A stretch of 56,473 nucleotides of DNA from an uncultured Desulfobacteraceae bacterium (lineage in GTDB: Bacteria > Desulfobacterota > Desulfobacteria > Desulfobacterales > CAZWAE01), in contig CAZWAE010000002.1 in assembly GCA_964631805.1 (NCBI GenBank), positions 2,528-59,000 of the forward strand, written 5' to 3'. Under the pieces are notes generated by a model, which saw nothing but the letters and a program-made list of their open reading frames with translations, made no database searches and was not told the origin of the DNA. Below are positions 8,497 through 17,113 of this stretch, in pieces (the stretch's first letter is position 1; the number at the start of each line of letters is the position of its first letter). Position numbers and translations under genes: made by a program.

Positions 8497-10458
8497 TTAG
8501 AACGCGTTTAACTTCTCCAGATCCTCTTTTGCAAATTCCAGCTCAACGCGACGATTTGCTTTTCTCCCCTCGGGTGTCTCGTTGGTGGCGATGGGATTTT
8601 CAGGACCCAAACCGTAGGTTTCGATATTCATGGGATTCCCGCCTTTCCCCACCAGATAGCTTTTGATGGTGGTGGCCCTGAATTCCGAAACCCTTTTGTT
8701 GTAGCCGACGGCACCACGGGCGTCTGTATACCCCTTTATTTTCAAAATAACCCCGGGGTAACGGACGATAAATGCTGCGATTTGGTCAAGGGTGCCGAAG
8801 GCGCTGCCCGGGATATCATTGGAATCCCTTCCAAAAGGGATGATGATCTTATTGCCGGACGCCGCCATTATTTTCCTCAGAACCGAAAAATCTGGCTGAC
8901 GTTCACTTTCCTCGGATGCGGCCAACTCATTTTTCCCCTCACGACGGGTTTTGGGAGGGGATGAAGCCGGCAAGGCGGCCTGCTGCGACATCATCAGCTC
9001 TTTTACCCCCCCAAGATGCCCCTTGGGGCTGCTGTCCGGAAACTGTGGTTTTTTCGTTTTACCGGACACAGAGCGGGTATCCGCCAACGGGTCACGTTTA
9101 TTAAAATCGGTTTGCGGGGATGATTTTCCACCGGTCAGCTCTGCTTTAAGGGTTTGTCCCTCTTGCTGCAGGGATTTTTTATATTTCTGGGAAGTCATAT
9201 CCTGTAGCTGAAATTGGGATACCTCTTTGGGTTTGTAGCTCTTTAAAAAATATCCCACCGCGACGATCAGGGCCACGGTAACTGCCACGTAGCCGATTCT
9301 GACCCATAACGGCCGGGGCTCAACCGGTTTGATGATTTTCTTTTGGGGAGCTGCCAGCGGCTCTGCCGTTTTGTCGGTTTTACGTCTCCGGTTGGAAGGT
9401 TCCGGCGGCTTCACCGCTTTGTCTGTTTTACGTCTCCGGTTGGGAGGTTCCGGCGGCATCACCGCCTTATCTGTTTTGCGTCTTCGAAGGGGATGGTCCG
9501 ATGGCCAGGCATCTGTTTTGTTCACCTCGCCCTTATCCGGCGGGGGTTCAATCCGGTTTTGCTCTCCGATGGTCCCGCGTCTGATACCCTCGGCGATCTC
9601 ACTCCGGATGCTATCAAGGGTTTCCCGAAGTCTTTCCTCATCGTTAATTTTCTGGGCCGGAATTTTGAGTTCCTCAGCACACTCCTTTATAATTCTGGCG
9701 TCAATGGCCTTCTTGCCGATGGCGTAACCGGTTAAAAGGGAATGGTCGCACATCACGTTGATCAGCCGGGGAACACCGCCTGAAAAACTATAAATCTCAC
9801 TCAGGGCACTCGATTTGAAAATCTTCTTCCGGGTTCCCGCTATTTTCAAACGATGGCGGATATATTCACCGGTCTCGGTTTCCGTCAGGGGTTCGATATT
9901 GTACCGAACGGTAATCCGTTGGGCCACGGCCTTGTTTCTTTCTTCAACCAGTGTACCGTGAAATTCGTTTTGTCCGACAAAAAAGATATTGATCAGTTTT
10001 TTGTTGTGCAGTTCGATGTTGGAGAGAAGCCGGATCTCCTCGAGGAGATGGTGGCTCAGTCGTTGGGCCTCATCGACAATCAACACGACCGTTTGATTGT
10101 TATCGTGGGACCGATACAAAAAATCCCTCAGTTCCAGGAGGAAATCGCCCTTTCTCTCGAACTTTTTCTTCATATTGAAACCATCGGAGAGAAAGTTGAA
10201 AAAATCGATGCTTTCCAGGTCCGGATCGGGAATCGTGGCGATAATTGCTTCCACATCCACCATACCGGCGAGCCGGTTGATCAAGACGGTTTTACCGGTT
10301 CCCACCTCGCCGGTCAGCAAGAGAAACCCCTTGTTTTCCAGAATGCCGTATTTCAGGGTCGACAACGCTTCCTGGTGTTTTTCACCCAACCACAGGAATT
10401 TTGGATCGGTGGTGATCTGAAAGGGTTTATCTTTGAGATTGTAGTGCGATAGGTACAT
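8497..10458 (-). CDS. ExeA/GspA/MshM-like AAA+ ATPase fused to a TM segment and a C-terminal OmpA-like peptidoglycan-binding domain
   Basis: N-terminus YNLKDKPFQITTDPKFLW..LLTGEVGTGKT (Walker A) and VLIVDEAQ. TM segment WVRIGYVAVTVALIVAVGYF. C-terminus IKGYTDARGAVGYNKRVSEFRATTIKSYLV..ANRRVELEF. Confidence 0.8.
   Translation of the reverse strand: MYLSHYNLKDKPFQITTDPKFLWLGEKHQEALSTLKYGILENKGFLLLTGEVGTGKTVLINRLAGMVDVEAIIATIPDPDLESIDFFNFLSDGFNMKKKFERKGDFLLELRDFLYRSHDNNQTVVLIVDEAQRLSHHLLEEIRLLSNIELHNKKLINIFFVGQNEFHGTLVEERNKAVAQRITVRYNIEPLTETETGEYIRHRLKIAGTRKKIFKSSALSEIYSFSGGVPRLINVMCDHSLLTGYAIGKKAIDARIIKECAEELKIPAQKINDEERLRETLDSIRSEIAEGIRRGTIGEQNRIEPPPDKGEVNKTDAWPSDHPLRRRKTDKAVMPPEPPNRRRKTDKAVKPPEPSNRRRKTDKTAEPLAAPQKKIIKPVEPRPLWVRIGYVAVTVALIVAVGYFLKSYKPKEVSQFQLQDMTSQKYKKSLQQEGQTLKAELTGGKSSPQTDFNKRDPLADTRSVSGKTKKPQFPDSSPKGHLGGVKELMMSQQAALPASSPPKTRREGKNELAASEESERQPDFSVLRKIMAASGNKIIIPFGRDSNDIPGSAFGTLDQIAAFIVRYPGVILKIKGYTDARGAVGYNKRVSEFRATTIKSYLVGKGGNPMNIETYGLGPENPIATNETPEGRKANRRVELEFAKEDLEKLNAF
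9367..9490. repeat. 48-bp tandem repeat, about 2.6 copies, inside the ExeA-OmpA CDS
   Basis: Units ..tgtc(g/t)gttttacgtctccggttgg(a/g)aggttccggcgg.. encode RRRKTDKAVMPPEPPN / RRRKTDKAVKPPEPSN / RRRKTDKTAEP on the minus strand. Confidence 0.8.
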
Positions 10459-10494
10459 AGATGATGACTACTCGATTAGAAGCCGTATTATGCC

Positions 10495-11142
10495 TTACTC
10501 TTCCCGGTTCTGAAAAACAATGCCACGGCTGTAGTACAGGTAGAGAATAATCCACAGAATGACGAACAGGGCAATATAGGACATGCGTTGCCGGACCAGG
10601 CTGTCTCTTTTTTTGTTGATCACATTCACCGTATTCTTCAGCTCGCGTTTGACGATTTCCAACTCCTCAAGCAGATTATCCACCGCCGAGATTTCGGTAT
10701 ACTTGAGCAGCAATTTCATTTTGTTTTCAAAATCCCTCACGTTATACGTGTCGAACAGGATCTTATGCTTTTCCGCCATAAATGAAATCTCATGAATCTC
10801 TTTGGCCAGTTCAACACAATAGAACTTCCGGTAGGGCTCCATCTCCGGAACCTCTCCAAGCTGTTTCACCCGTTTATCGATTTCGGTATCGAGCTCTGTG
10901 GAAATATCCGATGATAATATCTCGAGTTTGGTGATGGTCTCGTTGTTTTTTATCAGATCCTGGCCGGAAAGAGAGGAAATGAAAAAAACAGCGATTCCGG
11001 AAGTGATACAACTCGCGATGATTTTGACCAAAACGATGATATCTCTTTTTACAATGTACATAGAGCCGTTGTCCTTGTTCCATTCCCGGGGCCGGGCCCC
11101 GATAGGTTTTGAGAGAGAGGTGCTTTCGACCGTCTTTTTCAA
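10495..11142 (-). CDS. Membrane protein with two TM segments flanking a coiled-coil domain, function unknown
   Basis: 215-aa ORF, first gene of the minus-strand operon with the ExeA-OmpA gene. TM segments IIASCITSGIAVFFISS and YIALFVILWIILYLYY. The start could instead be ATG 11061. Confidence 0.55.
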   Translation of the reverse strand: MKKTVESTSLSKPIGARPREWNKDNGSMYIVKRDIIVLVKIIASCITSGIAVFFISSLSGQDLIKNNETITKLEILSSDISTELDTEIDKRVKQLGEVPEMEPYRKFYCVELAKEIHEISFMAEKHKILFDTYNVRDFENKMKLLLKYTEISAVDNLLEELEIVKRELKNTVNVINKKRDSLVRQRMSYIALFVILWIILYLYYSRGIVFQNREE

Positions 11143-11508
11143 CTCACCCGGATAGATGCCCCGGCTGCCATTGCCGGAACCATCTCCAACATGTAATAGT
11201 ACATATAAATATTTTATATTACAACATAAAAAGATTCCTACCCGAAATTCAGGGGATTGTCAATATAGGCCGCCGCCCCCATGCCTTTAAATTCTCCCCT
11301 GAAAGGGGCCGGTCCTGCCCGGTCTCCGGCAATAAAAACGTCTCCCTCGCCCTTTGCATCATAATGCGATGGAAACCGATGGCATCGTCGTTCATATATA
11401 TCTTAAATAATGTATATTAGTGTGGTAACATAGTCATGCTTTCCCATGGATTCAACATAGATTTTTATTTCAAATTGCAAAACCGTGTAGTATACGCAAT
11501 GATCAACC

Positions 11509-11943
11509 ATGGACAAAAGCATCGCATATCTTTCCCCCCAGGAGGTCACGGACCGGCTATTTGACCGGGTTCGACGAATGACCCTTGAAGAAAAACGCCA
11601 GCTTCTCGAAACGCTTGAAAGCGGACAACCGGGGAAAAAGGAGCGGCTGCACATGAGAACCCTTTGTTGCGCCAATGTACACTTTTCATTCAGAGAAAAC
11701 AGGTACACCGGATCGATTCAGGACATCAGCCGGAGCGGTTTGTTCATTGAAACAGAAGATTCCTTCGCCGTCGGGCAACAGATAACGTTATCGCTCCCAT
11801 CCGATGACAGTGACGCACCTTCAACGCTGATGGGAAAAGTAGTGAGAACCGATGTCCGTGGGATCGGTATCAAAATCAATCCGGAAGACTACAACTCCTT
11901 CGGTAAATTTGGGAATACGGTAAGGGATGGATTGAAAGGTTGA
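11509..11943 (+). CDS. PilZ domain protein (c-di-GMP binding motifs present)
   Basis: RxxxR (RLHMR) followed about 22 aa later by DxSxxG (DISRSG), then LFIETEDSFAVGQQITL. Confidence 0.8.
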   Translation: MDKSIAYLSPQEVTDRLFDRVRRMTLEEKRQLLETLESGQPGKKERLHMRTLCCANVHFSFRENRYTGSIQDISRSGLFIETEDSFAVGQQITLSLPSDDSDAPSTLMGKVVRTDVRGIGIKINPEDYNSFGKFGNTVRDGLKG

Positions 11944-12001
11944 GCCTATAAGGGCGACCGATGGTTCACAGTTGTCAATTTCCCCTGACCGCGGGCGATC
12001 A

Positions 12002-12745
12002 TCAATCAGCGTGCAGAGCCGGTCCGGTTTTAACCGAGACCCTCGTGATCTGCCGAATCAATCCCTTTTTTTCCTTTTCAGATAAAAACCGCCACTCGCC
12101 CGGCTTCAAGCTCCCGATACAGATATTGGACACACGGATCCGTTTTAACTCGGTCACCTTATGGCCGACCTTCCGCACCATCCGCCGAATCTGCCTGTTT
12201 TTCCCCTCTTTCAACACAATTTTAAACTTCCTGGATGAAACCCGCTCCACCTTTGCCGGTCGTGTGGTACCTCCCATCAGGGGAAGCCCGGAGGCCATTT
12301 TCTTGAGGGAACCGGTGGAAATGGGCTTGGCAACAGAAACAATGTAGCTCTTTTCATGGTCAAATGAGGGATGGGACAATTGGTGATGAAGCCTGCCGTC
12401 ATTGGTCAGTAGCAACAATCCCGTAGAATCCTTATCAAGTCTGCCCACAGGGTAAACCCGCACCGGAATATCGATCAGTTCCATAACCGTCCGTTCTCCC
12501 GGATGGTCGCAGCTGGTGACGATTCCCCTCGGCTTGTTCATTGCGATGTACGTAGGCGCCGTAAGCAGCTTTACGACCTTTCCGTCTATTTCCACAATAT
12601 CGCTGTCCGGATCAACCCGGACTCCCAGTTCGGTGACGACGGATCGATTAACCCGAACCCGGCCCGAGAGAATTCTTTTTTCCCCCTGCCGACGGGAACA
12701 AACGCCCGCGTGAGACAAAAATTTCTGTAAACGCATCTCCGTCAT
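12002..12745 (-). CDS. Pseudouridine synthase, RsuA/RluB/RluF family (S4 domain plus catalytic domain)
   Basis: RLQKFLSHAGVCSRRQGEKRILSGRVRVN (S4 domain) and the catalytic GRLDKDSTGLLLLTNDG. Confidence 0.85.
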   Translation of the reverse strand: MTEMRLQKFLSHAGVCSRRQGEKRILSGRVRVNRSVVTELGVRVDPDSDIVEIDGKVVKLLTAPTYIAMNKPRGIVTSCDHPGERTVMELIDIPVRVYPVGRLDKDSTGLLLLTNDGRLHHQLSHPSFDHEKSYIVSVAKPISTGSLKKMASGLPLMGGTTRPAKVERVSSRKFKIVLKEGKNRQIRRMVRKVGHKVTELKRIRVSNICIGSLKPGEWRFLSEKEKKGLIRQITRVSVKTGPALHAD

Positions 12746-12831
12746 GGTTGTTTGCTATATTTGAAAGGATATTATGGAGGTTCGGACGTATATTCCCCGG
12801 GAAGTACAGTCACTCCGGATCACTCTCTTTT

Positions 12832-13290
12832 CTATTCCGGAACTTTTATGGCAATATCGATGACCAGTTGGCCGGCATCTGTATCACAAGGAATTGTGAT
12901 GATAGGAATCCCTGAAGGATAGGTCACTTTGTGTTTGCCGATGACGACGCTGGGGACAGAAATGGAATTGTTTCCGGAGGGGAAATCGGTCTTTGCATTT
13001 CCGGCAATCATATTGGCAACCTCTCCAATGGCATCCGTGCAATCCTCATCGATCTCCTGCATCTCTTCCCCAAGAAGCGATGACGCCAGTTCAAGCGCAA
13101 TATCCTTTGAAAGGTTCACCACAACACAACCCGTGACGTCGCCGGATAGTCCGATAATGCTGCTGACGTCAAACGAAGGCTCCGTATCCTTTTTTACGGC
13201 GGGTGTACCCAGTGAAAACGGGATGTCGATCATGGTCTCAAACACGTTTTTAACCGCTACCAGGAATGGGTTGATATAATTTACATCCAT
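12832..13290 (-). CDS. cheX: CheX/CheC-like chemotaxis phosphatase
   Basis: 152 aa. NPFLVAVKNVFETM.., GLSGDVTGCVVVNLS and DAIGEVANMIAGNAK. Confidence 0.75.
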   Translation of the reverse strand: MDVNYINPFLVAVKNVFETMIDIPFSLGTPAVKKDTEPSFDVSSIIGLSGDVTGCVVVNLSKDIALELASSLLGEEMQEIDEDCTDAIGEVANMIAGNAKTDFPSGNNSISVPSVVIGKHKVTYPSGIPIITIPCDTDAGQLVIDIAIKVPE

Positions 13291-13603
13291 ATCTCCTCCT
13301 GCTTTCTAGTACTGAATGGATAACACCTTAAAAATCAATTCCATCCGGGGAGTCTTCCCTCCAACGCCGGGGGTACCAATTATGATGATACATGTGAAAA
13401 ACAGATGATAATGAATCGGCTGTCCAACATGCAAGCAATATTTTCCCGGATTGAAAATACGGCGCGCCCTCCAGACTAACGCACTCAGGACGACCATCTC
13501 TTTCTGAACGACAAGATCAACCTTGTTTTCTGCGGCACCCGGGAGATCTTATGAGACTTGTTAATTCAGGCCGACAGGATGTTTTGCCTTTCAGGTTAAA
13601 CAA

Positions 13604-13619
13604 GTGCGGAGATCCGCAC
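13604..13619. terminator. Short hairpin downstream of argJ, possible terminator
   Basis: GTGCGGA-ga-TCCGCAC flanked by T-rich sequence on both strands. Confidence 0.3.
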
Positions 13620-13697
13620 AGAACTTTTCTTTATATTGTATCGGCACAACTTTGTTAAGCTTTAGCGCTATTTAAAGGTAAGCCCCATCCGATTGGA

Positions 13698-14882
13698 TCA
13701 AGACCGGTAATCCGCATTTATTCTGACATATTCAACTGAAAAGTCACAGGTAAGGGAACTTGCCGTGCCATGGCCCAGGTTCAGGTCCAGAGTGACCGAA
13801 AACGCATCCTTTTTCAGCACCTGGCTGGCTTTGGCTTCTGCTTTATCCCCACACCCCATCCCCTCTTTAACCATCTGAACGTCATCAAAAAAAAGATCGA
13901 TACGGTCGGGTTCTACGGGAACACCGGATCTGCCGGCGGCCCCGAGAATCCTTCCCCAGTTGGCATCTTCACCGAAAAATGCGGTTTTGACCAGATTGGA
14001 ATTGGCCACTGTATCAGCGACATCCCGGGCTTCCACGTCGGAAGGCGCCCCCTTTACCAGAATATCCACCACCTTTGTCACGCCCTCGCCATCCTTTACC
14101 AACTGCCGGGCCAGGTCCATCAGCATCTCATCAAGAATTTCCTGAAAGATTTTCCTTCCCGGTCCATCATTGATTGAGATACCCGAAACGCCATTGGCGA
14201 GGAGCAAAACCGTGTCGTTAGTGCTCATATCACCGTCAATGGTGATCCGGTTGAAGGAGCGCTCAACGGCGGAAGAGAGAATTGGGTTCAATGTCCCGGC
14301 ATCGGACTGGACATCGGTACAGACGAAGCACAGCATGGTCGCCATATCCGGTCGAATCATACCGGCACCTTTGGCGGTGGCGAGCAAGGTAAATGTTTTT
14401 CCGTGGATCGATCCTTTTCGTACCACCAGTTTGGGGACGCGATCGGTGGTCATGATAGCACGGGCAAAAGCTGGAAATCCCTCCGGTTCAATAGCTCCGG
14501 CAAGCTCCGGTATGGCCTGCTCAATTTTTCTCATGGGCATGGTTTGACCGATCACACCGGTTGAAGATACCAGAACATGCGTGTCCGGTATGCCGAGAGC
14601 AGTGGCCGTCTTTTGGGTCATTACCGCCGCATCCTTCTCCCCTTGCGCACCCGTACAACAATTGGCATTGCCGCTGTTCACGATGACCGCCTGGGCAACT
14701 CCGGAACCTATTCTCTGCCGGTCCAGAACAACGGGAGCAGCCTGTACCCTGTTCCGGGTAAACAGGCCGGCCACATTCGCCGGCTTCTCGGAATAGATCA
14801 GGCCGAGGTCTTTCTCTCTTTTTTTCTTGATACCGGCAGAGAGTCCACCGGCCATGAATCCCGGGCAGGTTATGTTCTCCAT
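13698..14882 (-). CDS. argJ: Bifunctional glutamate N-acetyltransferase / amino-acid acetyltransferase
   Basis: 394 aa with ArgJ signatures: AAGLSAGIKK, NSGNANCCTG, autoprocessing region ATMLCFVCTD and the YVRINADYRS C-terminus. Confidence 0.9.
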   Translation of the reverse strand: MENITCPGFMAGGLSAGIKKKREKDLGLIYSEKPANVAGLFTRNRVQAAPVVLDRQRIGSGVAQAVIVNSGNANCCTGAQGEKDAAVMTQKTATALGIPDTHVLVSSTGVIGQTMPMRKIEQAIPELAGAIEPEGFPAFARAIMTTDRVPKLVVRKGSIHGKTFTLLATAKGAGMIRPDMATMLCFVCTDVQSDAGTLNPILSSAVERSFNRITIDGDMSTNDTVLLLANGVSGISINDGPGRKIFQEILDEMLMDLARQLVKDGEGVTKVVDILVKGAPSDVEARDVADTVANSNLVKTAFFGEDANWGRILGAAGRSGVPVEPDRIDLFFDDVQMVKEGMGCGDKAEAKASQVLKKDAFSVTLDLNLGHGTASSLTCDFSVEYVRINADYRS

Positions 14883-14973
14883 CCCTCATCTCCTTCTTTG
14901 CTCATATCACGTTTCAATTCCATTTGACAGAACCCGTAAATATTGTCAATGTACATCCTCAGAAGAGGGTAAT

Positions 14974-15168
14974 ATGGGGACAATAAAAGAGATTACGGCC
15001 GCCCATTGTGTTGAATGCGGGGAACAACTGGTGATCAAACGCTCCTGACGCAAAGTAGTGTTGAGCTGCAGGTCATGCGGCCGCGAATACCGATTTGAAC
15101 AATTCACAAACGTGATGGACGATGCCATGGAAGAAAAGGTGGCCGACATGAGGTGCGATCGGTTTTAA
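14974..15168 (+). CDS. Candidate small dual-CXXC selenoprotein (in-frame UGA at 15046-15048)
   Basis: MGTIKEITAAHCVECGEQLVIKRS-[TGA]-RKVVLSCRSCGREYRFEQFTNVMDDAMEEKVADMRCDRF. GAGGG RBS. A hairpin with a GGUCA loop lies after the TGA. The TAA stop overlaps the ATG of the next gene (TAATG). The track shows only the 24-aa stub. Confidence 0.45.
15065..15081 (+). other. SECIS-like hairpin
   Basis: GCUGCA-GGUCA-UGCGGC: 6 bp stem starting 20 nt from the U of UGA. The core UGCAGGUC resembles the E. coli fdhF SECIS apical region as I remember it. Confidence 0.45.
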
Positions 15169-16085
15169 TGATACTCAACAGCCTTTTTCCGGTATTCGGT
15201 CTGATTGTCCTCGGCGGGATTTTAAAACGATTCAACCTCACCAACGACAGTTTCCTGAAAACCTCTGACCGCCTCGTTTATTTCATTTTTTTTCCGGCCA
15301 TGCTGTTCTGGAAAATTGGCGGAAGGCCCTCGGATGTGAGCATCCCATGGGATTTCTGTACGGCGGTGCTCATCGCTGTTGCCATTATTTATCTGTTGAG
15401 CTGTCTTTGCATAAAAGTATTTCGCATCACCGATTTTGAAGCCGGCAGTTTTTCCCAGAGCTGCTACCGGTTCAACACCTACATCGGGATTGCCATCATC
15501 TTCAGTTCACTGGGGGAATCCGGCGTCGTTCAATTCGGCATATTGATCGGATTTATCATTCCCGTCATCAATGTCATGGCGGTGTCGACCCTCATCTGGT
15601 TCTCCGGTGAACGGGTGACATTTCCTGAGCGATTCCGCATTACCTTGACCGCACTCGTCTCAAACCCTCTCATCATCGCTTGTATCGCCGGAATTTTGTA
15701 TGCCAGGTTTGTCCAGACATTCCCGGAATTTATCGACAATACCCTTCACCTCATATCCATGGCCACACTGCCCCTTGCCCTGCTGTCCATCGGCGGCGCC
15801 TTGACGTTCAAAAGCCTTCGGCAGTGTTTGAAAGCATCTCTGGTGTCATCGGTTCTCAAATTGGCCGTGCTGCCGGTTTTGGGATGGGCGATACTTACGG
15901 CTTTTGGCATTGGAGGAATTCACATGCAAGTGGGCATGGTTTTTTTCAGTCTCCCCGCTTCCACAGCCATCTATGTGCTCTCTTCTCAACTGAAAAGCGA
16001 TACGAACCTGGCATCTGCCTCCATCGTTCTTTCCACGGTTATCTCTTTCTTTTCACTATCTGTTGCGATGCTGCTCTTTTTTTAG
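15168..16085 (+). CDS. AEC (auxin efflux carrier) family transporter
   Basis: About 10 TM segments; N-terminus MILNSLFPVFGLIVLGGILKRF is typical of the family. Alternative GTG start at 15153. Confidence 0.8.
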   Translation: MILNSLFPVFGLIVLGGILKRFNLTNDSFLKTSDRLVYFIFFPAMLFWKIGGRPSDVSIPWDFCTAVLIAVAIIYLLSCLCIKVFRITDFEAGSFSQSCYRFNTYIGIAIIFSSLGESGVVQFGILIGFIIPVINVMAVSTLIWFSGERVTFPERFRITLTALVSNPLIIACIAGILYARFVQTFPEFIDNTLHLISMATLPLALLSIGGALTFKSLRQCLKASLVSSVLKLAVLPVLGWAILTAFGIGGIHMQVGMVFFSLPASTAIYVLSSQLKSDTNLASASIVLSTVISFFSLSVAMLLFF

Positions 16086-16093
16086 GATCGTAA

Positions 16094-16831
16094 ATGGGCA
16101 ATTTCAAACTCACCATCGAATATGACGGCACCGCCTACCACGGATGGCAGCGGCAAAAAAATGTCCGCACCATCCAGCAGGAGATCGAAACGGCACTGGC
16201 AACCATGGTAAAAACGCCTGTCGCCCTCATTGGATCCGGGCGGACAGATGCAGGCGTCCATGCCTACGGGCAGGTGGCCAATTTCCACTGCGAAACAAAG
16301 ATTCCTGAAACCGCCTTCCGTGATGGATTAAACAGTCTGTTGCCGAAAGATATCACCGTCCACGAATGCTGCCGGGTGCATCCCGAGTTTCACGCCCGGT
16401 ACGACGTGGTCAGCAAGCAATACCGTTACCGCATCTTGAACCGGCAAACCCCGTCCGCCATATCCCGCCATAATGAATGGCACATTCGCAAACAGATCGA
16501 CAGGGAAGCGATGCACAAAGCTGCCCGGCACCTTGTCGGAACGCATGATTTCAGATCCTTTGAAGGTGCGGGAAGCCCGAGATCGAACACGGTCAGAACC
16601 ATTATGTCCACCAATTTTGTCGACAAGCAGCAAGGCCGGCTTGACTTTTGGATCGAAGGAAACGGTTTTTTAAGATTCATGGTGAGAAATATCGTCAGCA
16701 CACTGGTGGATGTCGGTCTGGGAAAAAACACACCCTACGATTTTTTAACAATCCTTCAGGCAAAGGACCGCTCCCGGGCAGGCGCCACCGCTCCCCCCCA
16801 TGGACTTTTTTTGATGTCCGTCAAGTACTAA
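16094..16831 (+). CDS. truA: tRNA pseudouridine(38-40) synthase
   Basis: KLTIEYDGTAYHGWQRQ and GSGRTDAGVHAYGQVANF (catalytic Asp); 245 aa. Confidence 0.9.
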   Translation: MGNFKLTIEYDGTAYHGWQRQKNVRTIQQEIETALATMVKTPVALIGSGRTDAGVHAYGQVANFHCETKIPETAFRDGLNSLLPKDITVHECCRVHPEFHARYDVVSKQYRYRILNRQTPSAISRHNEWHIRKQIDREAMHKAARHLVGTHDFRSFEGAGSPRSNTVRTIMSTNFVDKQQGRLDFWIEGNGFLRFMVRNIVSTLVDVGLGKNTPYDFLTILQAKDRSRAGATAPPHGLFLMSVKY

Positions 16832-16832
16832 G

Positions 16833-16978
16833 GACTCGCGCAAAAACAGGTTCACATTTTTGGCGCCCATCCATCCCGTCTGGCGGCGTTGCGAAAACTC
16901 GAAATATCCCGATATACCTTACGTTTTCGCGCCTTGCCAGCCGGGCGCCTGAACACCTAATTCTGCGAGCTTATTTTT
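16833..16978 (+). other. Long imperfect inverted repeat (~138 nt) plus T-run: structured RNA, unusually large terminator, or MITE/REP-like element
   Basis: Nested complementary segments: CTCGC/GCGAG, GTTCA/TGAAC, GGCGCCC/GGGCGCC, CTGGC/GCCAG, GGC/GCC and GCGAAAAC/GTTTTCGC around a 26-nt loop, followed by TTATTTTT. Confidence 0.5.
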
Positions 16979-17113
16979 GAGCGAACCCTAAATTATTAGC
17001 TAAAGAATTTCATCCAACGGCCGATAATCAGATAGAAGCTGAAATAAAGTAAAAGAATCCTGTATAAAAATGGGCATGACAGGACACCACCCCACTGATT
17101 CGGATCTGAAAGC

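Noticed and set aside
9367-9490. Tandem repeats as a possible CRISPR or minisatellite locus
   Set aside because: The units are contiguous with no spacers. They are in frame and encode a repeated peptide inside the ExeA-OmpA gene.
10495-11508. Visibly AT-richer stretch as a horizontally acquired islet
   Set aside because: This is only an eyeball impression. I see no integrase, tRNA or flanking direct repeats, and I cannot compute composition statistics here.
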